A stretch of 52,860 nt of DNA, taken from the IMG/VR virus record IMGVR_UViG_3300020044_001825, positions 1-52,860 of that record; one strand, written 5' to 3'. Made by a program: the position numbers and the translations under genes. Origin of the DNA: a virus (Duplodnaviria; Caudoviricetes). The notes beneath the pieces are model-generated. The model was not told where the DNA came from. It saw only the letters and a list, made by a program, of their open reading frames with translations, and made no database searches. Below, piece after piece: positions 10,244 to 19,500 of the stretch (positions are counted from its first letter, which is position 1; every line of letters begins with the position of its first letter).

Positions 10244-11158
10244 ATGGCTACCCCAATGCGTAGTACGGACTTTAGATCCGTAGTTGAGCCTATCCTCAAC
10301 GAAGTGTTCGATGGTGTTTATGACCAACGTGCTGACGAGTGGAAGATGGTTTTCCGCGAGCAAAAAGGCATTCCTCGCAACTACCATGAAGAACCCGTTC
10401 TTTATGGTTTTGGCGCAGCGCCTGAACTGCCCGACGGTATGGCTGTTTCTTACCAGTCTGGTGGCGTGTTGTTCTTGCAGCGTTACCTCTACAAAGTCTA
10501 CGGTCTCGCATTCAGCTTGACCAAAGTCCTCGTAGAAGACGGCGACCACATCCGTATCGGTCAGACCTACGCCAAGCACTTGGCGCAGTCTTTGATCGAG
10601 ACTAAGGAAACCCTCTCTGCTAACATCTTGAATCGTGCCTTCAACGGCGCGTATGTTGGCGGTGATGGCGTGTCGTTGACTAACACTGCCCACCCCATTG
10701 TTAACGGCACGTTCAGCAATCAGCTGACCACTCCCGCTAACTTGTCACAGACCTCCCTTGAGCAGATGCTGATTCAGATTCGCAACGCCGTTGACAACAA
10801 CGGTAAGCGTATCCGTCTGACACCTAAAAAGATCGTTTCCGGTCCTTCCAACGTGTTCCAAGCTGAAGTCCTCTTGAAGAGCGTCTTGCGCACCGGCACA
10901 GCCGACAACGACATCAACCCAGTTAAGTCCATGGGCTTGCTGGCTGATGGCCAAGCTAACTTGTCTCGTATCACTTCATCTACCGCATGGTGGGTGCAGA
11001 CCGACGCGCCAGAAGGCTTGAAGTTGTTGATGCGTCGTGGCTTGGAGAAGTCTATGGAAGGTGACTTCGAGACTGACTCAATGCGCTACAAGGCTACTGA
11101 GCGTTACACAGTGGGTTGGACTGACCCACGTGGCGTGTACGGTACTGCTGGCGTATAA
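10244..11158 (+). CDS. Major capsid protein (Mu gpT-like, HK97 fold)
   Basis: 304 aa. YGLAFSLTKVLVED, GDGVSL..TAHP, LSQTSLE, GDFETDSMRYKATERY..GWTDPRG. Followed by a terminator. Confidence 0.88.
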   Translation: MATPMRSTDFRSVVEPILNEVFDGVYDQRADEWKMVFREQKGIPRNYHEEPVLYGFGAAPELPDGMAVSYQSGGVLFLQRYLYKVYGLAFSLTKVLVEDGDHIRIGQTYAKHLAQSLIETKETLSANILNRAFNGAYVGGDGVSLTNTAHPIVNGTFSNQLTTPANLSQTSLEQMLIQIRNAVDNNGKRIRLTPKKIVSGPSNVFQAEVLLKSVLRTGTADNDINPVKSMGLLADGQANLSRITSSTAWWVQTDAPEGLKLLMRRGLEKSMEGDFETDSMRYKATERYTVGWTDPRGVYGTAGV

Positions 11159-11159
11159 G

Positions 11160-11190
11160 GAAGAGGGGGGCTTCGGCTCCCTTCTTTTTC
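11160..11190 (+). terminator. Intrinsic terminator after the capsid gene
   Basis: G-rich stem, C-UUCG-G loop, then a T-run. Confidence 0.75.
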
Positions 11191-11268
11191 TGGGTTTCCC
11201 CGAAGTGCCTGACAGTCCCAGCTGACGTCATGCAGACAGGCACTTCACTTTTTACTCGCATGAGAGGA
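11190..11268 (+). ncRNA. Structured RNA downstream of the gpT-like capsid gene (candidate Mu-gpT-DE motif)
   Basis: 10-bp perfect stem GAAGTGCCTG 11202-11211 / CAGGCACTTC 11237-11246. Two loop segments are complementary to the flanks. The location matches the described Mu-gpT downstream element; no covariance search was run. Confidence 0.6.
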
Positions 11269-11275
11269 ATTTAAA

Positions 11276-11764
11276 ATGGCTTCTACTACCTTCTCCGGAC
11301 CAGTAACGTCCACCAATGGTTTCATCGGTAACTTGACCGGCAATGTGACCGGCAACGTAACCGGTAATGTGACTGGCGCTGTCGCCGTTACGACTTTAGC
11401 CGCTGCTTCTACCTTGACAGCCGCTCAATCCGGTACTACGTTCTTCTTGAGCGCAGCTACTGAATTCGCAACAACCCTGCCCGCACCCGCTGCCGGTTTG
11501 ACTTACAGATTCATCGTGGGTGCTGCACCTTCTGGCGCGAGCTACACCGTTGTTACCGCCTCTAGCGCTAACATCATCAAAGGTCAAGCTGTTAACGCTG
11601 CCGGTGTTGCTGGCGACACAGGTACTGCTGATGACACTATCTCTTTTGTTGACGGTCAAGCCGTTGCCGGTGACACTGTTACAGTGATCAGCGACGGTAC
11701 TAGCTGGTTCGCTTACGGCATGTGCGCCGCCGCCGCTGGTATCACCTTCACACAAGCTAGCTAA
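11276..11764 (+). CDS. Putative head fibre/minor virion protein
   Basis: MASTTFSGPV start, GNLT/GNVT x4 repeat, small-residue-rich beta domain. Confidence 0.6.
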   Translation: MASTTFSGPVTSTNGFIGNLTGNVTGNVTGNVTGAVAVTTLAAASTLTAAQSGTTFFLSAATEFATTLPAPAAGLTYRFIVGAAPSGASYTVVTASSANIIKGQAVNAAGVAGDTGTADDTISFVDGQAVAGDTVTVISDGTSWFAYGMCAAAAGITFTQAS

Positions 11765-11766
11765 TT

Positions 11767-11790
11767 TGAGGGGGTTCGCCCCCTCATTTT
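11767..11790 (+). terminator. Intrinsic terminator
   Basis: TGAGGGGG-TTCG-CCCCCTCA-TTTT, an 8-bp perfect stem. Confidence 0.8.
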
Positions 11791-11808
11791 TAACTTCAGG
11801 AGATAGAC

Positions 11809-12222
11809 ATGGCTGACGCAGTAGCTTCGCAAACGATTCTTGACGGTGAGCGCTTGTTCATCGCCAAATTTACAAATTTTTCAGACGGCACTGGTGAAAC
11901 CAATGTCATCAAAATTGACGTCTCAACGCTGAACCCTAACTCGTTCGGTCTAGCTTGTAACGGCGTGAAGCTGAACAAAATTTATGGAACCACGCACGGT
12001 ATGGAAGTCCAAATTCTTTGGGACGCCACGACCGATGTATTTGTTTGGCAGATTCCGCAAAACTCAAACTACCTGATGGACTTTTCGTCTTTTGGTGGTA
12101 TTCCAAACAACGCCGGTGCAGGTAAAACCGGCGACGTGTTGTTCACTACGAGGGATGCCGGTGCGGGCGACATGTACAGCATCGTTCTTGAGTGTCTCAA
12201 AACATACGCCACTAGCAATTAA
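11809..12222 (+). CDS. Hypothetical virion protein, 137 aa
   Basis: AGGAG RBS; lies in the structural module. Confidence 0.7.
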   Translation: MADAVASQTILDGERLFIAKFTNFSDGTGETNVIKIDVSTLNPNSFGLACNGVKLNKIYGTTHGMEVQILWDATTDVFVWQIPQNSNYLMDFSSFGGIPNNAGAGKTGDVLFTTRDAGAGDMYSIVLECLKTYATSN

Positions 12223-12232
12223 GGGGATCAAC

Positions 12233-12628
12233 ATGACAGTCGGAAAAGTTAAAGATTTCAATTTTTCATCAGGCGGTATGGCTAAAGGCTACGCTAAAGG
12301 TGGTGAGGCTCGTGTCAAAGACACTATTCGCAATGAGCGCCAAGAGTTGAACCGCGTTTCCGCTAAGCAGCGTGACGCGGGTCAAGAGATGTCTCGTGTT
12401 CGTTCTGAAATGCGCTATGACAAGAACGAACTCAAAGGTATGGCTAAAGGCGGCGCTATGAATCAAGGCGGTCGCGAGATGTTGAAAAATCGCGGTGCTT
12501 TGGGTGTTGTCGACAATAAGAATCCTGGTGAAACTCGCATGCACACCGCGCCTAAGTTGCCTGGTGCGAAAATGATGATGAACAAAGGCGGTATGGCTAT
12601 GTCCAAGGGTAAAGGTAAAAACTGCTAA
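12233..12628 (+). CDS. Basic low-complexity protein, 131 aa, with five xxxGG motifs
   Basis: ATG at 12233 after AAGGGG RBS. Motifs FSSGG, YAKGG, MAKGG, MNQGG, MNKGG. Confidence 0.75.
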   Translation: MTVGKVKDFNFSSGGMAKGYAKGGEARVKDTIRNERQELNRVSAKQRDAGQEMSRVRSEMRYDKNELKGMAKGGAMNQGGREMLKNRGALGVVDNKNPGETRMHTAPKLPGAKMMMNKGGMAMSKGKGKNC

Positions 12629-12634
12629 TTTCCT

Positions 12635-12662
12635 TTGCTTTTTAGCAAGGTTGAATTATAAT
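12635..12662 (+). promoter_or_regulatory. Sigma70-like promoter TTGCTT-16-TATAAT
   Basis: Intergenic with a perfect -10 box; same consensus as the other promoters in this genome. Confidence 0.65.
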
Positions 12663-12718
12663 TTGTCAATATCGGGCGTGCTAGGACAGCAGCCATCTGA
12701 CTACAAAATGGGGTTAGT

Positions 12719-13699
12719 ATGGCATATTCCGGCACAGTGAGCACGACGACGTTTAACGCGCTGAAGGTGGTAGACCACGCCTTCAGGCGCTGTCGTCTGC
12801 CCGCTCAGGCTATCTCAGCCGAAATGCAGACCTATGCTCTAGAGTCTCTGTATTTGTTCCTGTCAGAGTTGGCGAGCATTAAAACACCTAGCTGGTGTAT
12901 TGAGAAGATGGTGCTACCGATGTACCAGAACCAGCCGATTGTCACCCTGCCCAATGGTACGGTAGAAGTCCTCAACCTGAACTATCGTACGCTTCAGCCG
13001 GTGACCGGCGCTACCGTAGCTACGTCAACCTCGTATACCGTAAACTTCACCACTCAGACTGTCGTAGATACGGTCGGTGTTGAATGGTCTGGCGCGTCAA
13101 CTCCGCTGACTTTTCAAGTGAGCACGAACGGGACAGTTTGGGTTACCGTAGGAACGTACACGGGCACTGCGAGCGCGGGCGAGATTACGTGGACAGACAT
13201 TTCTGGTGCATTGCCCTATCAATACTTCAGAATTACCTCTACGGCAACTTTCAACTACGCGGTAATCAGCCTAGGCAATATGCCTCAAGAGATCCCCCTC
13301 GGGCAGCTGAACCGCGACAGTTACGTCAACCAGAGCAATAAAGTGTTTCCTGGTCGTCCTAGCAATTACTATTTTCAGCGCGACCTACCTGAGCCAGTGG
13401 TTTACCTCTGGCCAGCGCCGTTCATTGCTGCTGAGCAGGCTCAGTTAGTCCTCTGGCGTCATCGTCAGATCATGGACACTGCGAACCTTCAACAAGACGT
13501 AGAAGTGCCTCAGCGCTGGTTGAATGCGATTGTTGACAACTTGACCGCTAAGGTCGCCTCTGAGACTCCGCAAGTTGACGCACAACTCATTCCTATGCTT
13601 GAGCAGAGAGCCGCTATGAGCTTGCAGCGTGCGTGGGACGGTGACAATGACGGCTCGCCTATTCAGATCAATCCTGGCATCGGGGTCTACACTAAATGA
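12719..13699 (+). CDS. Putative head-tail adaptor/tail tubular protein with an inserted beta-sandwich domain
   Basis: DHAFRRC..., GRPSNYYFQR, VYLWPAP, VEVPQRW pattern typical of podovirus connector proteins. T-rich insertion in the middle. Confidence 0.55.
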   Translation: MAYSGTVSTTTFNALKVVDHAFRRCRLPAQAISAEMQTYALESLYLFLSELASIKTPSWCIEKMVLPMYQNQPIVTLPNGTVEVLNLNYRTLQPVTGATVATSTSYTVNFTTQTVVDTVGVEWSGASTPLTFQVSTNGTVWVTVGTYTGTASAGEITWTDISGALPYQYFRITSTATFNYAVISLGNMPQEIPLGQLNRDSYVNQSNKVFPGRPSNYYFQRDLPEPVVYLWPAPFIAAEQAQLVLWRHRQIMDTANLQQDVEVPQRWLNAIVDNLTAKVASETPQVDAQLIPMLEQRAAMSLQRAWDGDNDGSPIQINPGIGVYTK

Positions 13700-13998
13700 G
13701 CGTCTTTCTTGACCCGAGCGGACAACCGACTTATGGTATTGCCATTTGCGGTCGTTGCTCGCGTAAGATGTTGCTTTCTGAGTTGTCCCCCGACCCGAAC
13801 TATCCAGGTCTTATGGTCTGCGAAGAAGACCGCGATGAGTACGACCCTTACCGCCTTGCGCCGCGTCGTCCTGATCAAATCGTCCTCCCGTTCAATCGTC
13901 CGGACACCCCGATTAACACTCATCCTGCGGGCGTCATTCAAGAAGCCGGTGATGAGTTTTTCATTACCGAAGATGGTAATGGCTACTTGGAGTTTTAA
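13696..13998 (+). CDS. Small Cys-motif protein (ICGRCS...LMVC), likely metal-binding virion or assembly protein
   Basis: 100 aa, ATGA-coupled to the upstream gene. Confidence 0.65.
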   Translation: MSVFLDPSGQPTYGIAICGRCSRKMLLSELSPDPNYPGLMVCEEDRDEYDPYRLAPRRPDQIVLPFNRPDTPINTHPAGVIQEAGDEFFITEDGNGYLEF

Positions 13999-16248
13999 AT
14001 GTCTGATGTCCCAAGCAATCTGATACCGACGCGAATCACGCAGTTGCCCGTCGCCCCTGTGGCTGACGAAAACAGCTTGATGATGATCGTGTATCAGGGT
14101 AACAACTACCAGATCCGCGTCGGTGACCTGCTGAGCGTTGCCGGTGTGCCTACGACTCGTCAGGTGATTGCCGGTACAGGTATGACGGGCGGCGGTCAAT
14201 TGTCTAGCAATGTGACCCTGAGCGTTGCCCCGAAAGGTATCAACGGCACGCTATTGTCAGACACCGGCGTTACGTCAGGTGTGTACGGCGACGCTACTAA
14301 TATTCCTATTTTCACTGTTGACAGTACCGGTCGCGTGACTGCTGCTACTACGACCCCTGCGACTGTTTCAGGTTACGTACCTACGACCCGCCAAGTCATT
14401 GCCGGTAACGGCTTGACCGGCGGTGGCGCATTGAGCACCAACATCACCCTCGCAGCCAGCTATAGCGCCAGCGCACCGGAGTCGGGCTTTCAAACCGGCT
14501 CGGCGGGTGTCGCAAACACCCTCGCCCGTAGCGACCACAAGCACCCCGCAGTTGATTTGTCAGCTGATGACGAGGTGGACAACATTCTCGGTCTCGGTAA
14601 TGGTGGTACGGCGCGTAGCTTGGTGATGCAACCAGGAGCGGTTATCTGGTCAGGCGCTGACGGCATGTACGTCAGTCCCGCTGGCGCTCTGGGGCAGGTT
14701 CTGGTTTCAGGCGGTACATCTGCTCCGAGCTGGGGTTCTGCTTTGATCGTGTCAGACCAGCCTGCAAATTATGTGTACGCCGGTCCGACTGCGGGCGGTT
14801 CTGCCCCAACGTCTTTCCGCTTGCTCGTTAACGCCGACATCCCGACCACTTTGACCGGTAAGTCGATCTCAGGCGCTACAAACACGCTGACAGCTATTCC
14901 CAACGCTTCACTTGACAACAGCGCCATCACCATTAACGGCTCTTCTGTGAGCTTAGGCGGCTCGGTCACTGTCACAGCTACAGCGTCAAACGCTTTGACA
15001 ATCGGAACCGGTCTGACGGGTACATCGTACAATGGTTCTGCCGCTGTCACGATCGCGATTGATTCTACCGTGGCTACGCTGACGGGTGCTCAAACACTGA
15101 CCAACAAGACGATTAGCGGCTCGAGCAACACTCTGACAAACATCGCGAATGCGAGCCTGACAAACTCAGCTGTGACTGTCGGAACTACCGCAATCTCATT
15201 AGGCGCTTCTAGTTTGACATTAGGCGGTCTGACTTCGGTCGCAGTGACGCAAGATCCGACAACCAACTTACAAGTAGCAACTAAGCAATACGTTGACACT
15301 TTAGTGTCTTCGGGTATTACGTATCATACACCGGTCAAGTACGAAGTGCCTGACTCAACCGGTAACCTGAACGCCACCTACAACAACGGCACTGCCGGAG
15401 TAGGCGCTACGCTGACAAACGCGGGCGCTCTAGTTGCATTCACACCGGACGGCACAGTAGCTTCGGTTAACGACCGTATTCTGGTTTACAATCAGACCAA
15501 CCAAGCTGAGAACGGCGTCTACGTCGTAACGACAGTCGGTAGCGGCTCGGTGGCTTGGGTGTTGACCCGCGCTTCTGATGCTGATACGTATGTTTTAAAG
15601 AGTCCTAACGGCTTAGGTAACGGCGACGCATTCTTCATTACTTCAGGTGCTACCGGTGCTGGAGAGACTTACGTCTGTAATACTGTGGGTGTTATCACCT
15701 TCGGCACGACCGCGATCACTTTCGTTCAGATTTCAGCTACGCAAATCTACTCTGCTAGTACCGGTCTGACTTTGACCGGAACAGCTTTCAGCATCAGCAA
15801 CACGGCTGTCACTGCTGGATCATACGGCTCGGCTACGCAAGTTGGCACATTCAGCGTTAACGCGCAGGGTCAACTGACCCTCGCGGGTAACACGACTGTG
15901 ACCCCTGCGGTCGGTTCAATCACCGGCTTAGGTACTGGGGTAGCTACGGCGCTCGCGGTCAATACCGGATCCGCTGGCGCTGTTGTGCTTTTCAACGGGG
16001 CGCTCGGAACTCCATCTTCTGGCACTCTGACTAATACCACGGGTTTACCCTTAACCACCGGCGTAACCGGAACGCTGCCGATTGCGAACGGCGGTACGAA
16101 CTCGACCGCAACTCCCACAGCGGGTGGCGCAGTATACGGAACCGGTTCAGCGTTCGCGTTCACAGCAGCGGGTACAGCCGGTCAGGTTTTGACCTCTGCC
16201 GGAGCAAGCGCTCCGACGTGGAGCGGTATCTCTGGAGGCACATTCTGA
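13999..16248 (+). CDS. Tail fibre protein (proximal/branching type)
   Basis: G/T/S/A-rich. Repeated VIAG.G.TGGG.LS.N.TL, QTLTNKTI, DRILV.NQT...ENGVY, LPIANGGT. Ends in GGTF. Confidence 0.8.
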   Translation: MSDVPSNLIPTRITQLPVAPVADENSLMMIVYQGNNYQIRVGDLLSVAGVPTTRQVIAGTGMTGGGQLSSNVTLSVAPKGINGTLLSDTGVTSGVYGDATNIPIFTVDSTGRVTAATTTPATVSGYVPTTRQVIAGNGLTGGGALSTNITLAASYSASAPESGFQTGSAGVANTLARSDHKHPAVDLSADDEVDNILGLGNGGTARSLVMQPGAVIWSGADGMYVSPAGALGQVLVSGGTSAPSWGSALIVSDQPANYVYAGPTAGGSAPTSFRLLVNADIPTTLTGKSISGATNTLTAIPNASLDNSAITINGSSVSLGGSVTVTATASNALTIGTGLTGTSYNGSAAVTIAIDSTVATLTGAQTLTNKTISGSSNTLTNIANASLTNSAVTVGTTAISLGASSLTLGGLTSVAVTQDPTTNLQVATKQYVDTLVSSGITYHTPVKYEVPDSTGNLNATYNNGTAGVGATLTNAGALVAFTPDGTVASVNDRILVYNQTNQAENGVYVVTTVGSGSVAWVLTRASDADTYVLKSPNGLGNGDAFFITSGATGAGETYVCNTVGVITFGTTAITFVQISATQIYSASTGLTLTGTAFSISNTAVTAGSYGSATQVGTFSVNAQGQLTLAGNTTVTPAVGSITGLGTGVATALAVNTGSAGAVVLFNGALGTPSSGTLTNTTGLPLTTGVTGTLPIANGGTNSTATPTAGGAVYGTGSAFAFTAAGTAGQVLTSAGASAPTWSGISGGTF

Positions 16249-16592
16249 TGATTGAAACACTGATCGAGCGCCTATTCCACGCCCGAAACGCAGCCCACCT
16301 TGCACACTGGAAAACGAAATCCTACGCTGAGCACAAAGCCCTCGGGCATTACTATGAAGACGTCATCGAGCAGCTGGACGAGCTGATTGAGGCGTATCAG
16401 GGTACTTTCGGAATCATCGGTGAAGTGGGTGAACAGGAAAAAAGCGTTGCAAAACTGATTCATGATGATATAATTTGGCTGAATGAAAACCGTAGCAAAG
16501 TTGCTAAAGGTGTCCCAGCCTTAGAGAATATCGTTGATGAACTCACCGGTATGCATATGAAAACTTTGTACAAACTTGAGAATTTGAGGTAA
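16248..16592 (+). CDS. Dps/ferritin-like four-helix protein (DUF5856-like)
   Basis: HLAHWKTKSYAEHKALGHYYE...LDELIEAYQG resembles the Dps ferroxidase helix pair. The ATG overlaps the upstream TGA (TGATG). Confidence 0.65.
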   Translation: MIETLIERLFHARNAAHLAHWKTKSYAEHKALGHYYEDVIEQLDELIEAYQGTFGIIGEVGEQEKSVAKLIHDDIIWLNENRSKVAKGVPALENIVDELTGMHMKTLYKLENLR

Positions 16593-16596
16593 CATC

Positions 16597-19500
16597 ATGG
16601 CGGCTACAGGCTACACACCCATTCAACTGTACTACAGCACGACCGCGTCTGCTGTTCCTACTGCCGGAAACCTTGCGAGCGGCGAGTTGGCGATCAACAT
16701 CACCGACGGCAAGTTGTACTACAAGAACAACTCAGGCACAGTGACCCTGCTCGCCGGTTCAACCGGTTCTGGTCCTGCAGGCGGCTCTAACACTCAAGTG
16801 CAGTACAATAGTTCTGGAATTCTGGCTGGCTCTGCCAACTTTACGTTCAACGGCACTACTGTAACAATGGCTAACGATGCCTCTATCAGTGGTCTGACTG
16901 TTGGTCGTGGTGCTGGTGCTGTGGCTTCCAATACTGCTATTGGTGCGAGTGCTTTGTCGGCAAATACGACTGGTGTTCAAAACGCTGCTTTTGGTCTTAA
17001 CACTCTTGCGGCAAACACCACTGGTGGTTATAACGCAGCATTTGGCCCTGCAACAATGCAGAACCAAACGACAACCTCATATAACTCCGGTTTTGGTTAT
17101 GCAGTTCTTACATCTTCGGCTGGTGGCAATAATTCAGGATTTGGTTTTGCAGCATTAACTGCAAATACATCAGGCGCAAACAACGTAGCAATTGGCATGC
17201 AAGCCCTGCAAGCCAACACTACAGCTTCAAGCAACACCGCTGTTGGCTACCAAGCCGCTTATTCAAACGTAACAGGTACAAACCTTACAGCAATTGGTCG
17301 AGGTGCTTTGTACAACAACACAGCAGACAACAATACTGCTTTGGGTAAACTTGCTGGTTTTAGCAACACAACAGGTAACGCCAACGTGTTTGTCGGCTCT
17401 GAGTCTTCTGCATCTGGTTTTGCCGCTGGTTACAGCAACACAACTGGTTCTTCCAATACCGCAATTGGTGCAAATGCTCTTGGCTCAAACACCACAGCAG
17501 ATAACAACACTGCTGTCGGTTATCAATCCGCCTATTCAAACACTACTGGATACCAGAACACAGCGGTTGGACGTAGAGCGGGGTACAGTAATACAACTGG
17601 TTACGTAAACACAGCGGTAGGTGACCTTGCGCTTTACTCAAATACGACTGGCTATCGAAACACTGCAATCGGCTATCAGGCGGGTTATTCAATCACCGAC
17701 GGCACTGGCTTGGTTGCTGTGGGTGACCGTGCGTTGTTATCCAACACTGGAAACTTTAACACTGGCATTGGGTATCAAGCCCTCCAAGCCAACACCACAG
17801 CATCTAACAACACTGCTGTGGGCTATCAGGCGGGGTATGCAAACACGACTGGTTATAACAATAGCTATGTTGGTCAAGAAACGGGATATTCTGGAACAAC
17901 CGCCTTTTTCAACGTGGCAATAGGTACTAGCGCCCTGTACACCAACACTACTGGTGCAAACAATATAGCTATTGGTGTTTCTTCTTTAGTCTACAACACC
18001 ACCGCCTCTAACAACACTGCAATTGGTTTTCGGTCGGGGTTTTCAAACACCACTGGCGCTAACAATTTGTTTATGGGTAGAGAGGCTGGCTATTCAAACA
18101 CCACAGCATCAAGCAACACTGCTGTAGGTTATCAGGCAGGATACAGCAATACTACTGGCCCATATCTGACAGCACTTGGCTACAGGGCTGGCTACAGCAA
18201 CACTACCGCAGATCAAAACACTTTTGTTGGTTTTGATACTGGCTATGCAACTACTGGCGCAAGCAACACAGCAATGGGAGCGTTTGCGTTAACTGCCAAT
18301 ACCAGCGGCACAAACAATACTAGCGTTGGTACAGGATCAATGCTCACAGCTACCACAGGCTCATGGAACGCTGCTTATGGTAGGAATTCACTGCGTAATC
18401 AAACCACTGGAAACTACAACACCGCAGTTGGTGGAGATTCGCTCTACTCCAACACCACCACCAGCAACGGCACGGCTGTTGGGTATCGTGCGCTATACAG
18501 CAACACCACTGGTGGAAATACAGCGGTCGGTGCAAATGCTGGTTACAGCGCAACCAGCGCGGCTGGTTTAGTTATTATTGGCGAAAACGCCGGATACGGC
18601 ATCACCACTGGCGGCTTCAACGTCACCATTGGTGTTGACAGTATGTTTGCCACCACCACTGGCGCAAACAACATCGGTCTTGGAACATCTGCCCTTCGAT
18701 ACAACACCACTGGAGGCAACAATGTGGCGTTGGGTCATCAGGCGTTGTACACCAGTACCACGGCATCAAGCAACACTGCTGTAGGCACTCAGGCGTTGTA
18801 CGGCAATACGACGGGTGATGAATCAGTCGCAGTTGGTATGCAGGCATTGTATTCACAGACAACTGGACGAAATACAGCAGTTGGTTACCACGCAGGTCTT
18901 GATGTAACCACTGGTACTTACAACACGCTAGTTGGCGGCGAGACTGGTGAAAACATCACTACAGGCGGTTTTAACGTGGCCGTAGGCACTTTCTCGATGC
19001 GCCTCACCACCACAGCAGAAAGCAACACAGCCGTTGGCTATCAATCACTGTATTCAAATACCATCTCAACGGCAAACACAGCATTTGGCTATCAGTCGCT
19101 TTATGCATACAACAGAACTGCTGATAGTACAGGCAGAAATGCCGCCTTTGGTTATCACTCTTTGAAAAGTCTGACAACAGCGCAAGAAAACGCCGCATTT
19201 GGTACTTTTGCAGGGTTTAGTGTAACAACAGGAAATGGTAATACGTTGATTGGTGAAGAGGCGGGTTATGCCCTCACCACAGGTATTCAAAACACATACG
19301 TTGGTATTGCCTCTGGTAACTTGATGACCACAGGCTCGTACAACACTATCCTTGGTCGTTACTCTGGCAACGCAGGTGGCCTAGACATTCGCACAGCAAG
19401 CAACTACATTGTGCTGTCTGATGGGGCTGGGAATCCACGGGGATTTTTTGATAACAACGGTTCTTTCTTTGTTGGTAAAACTCAAGAAGATGGTACTCAA

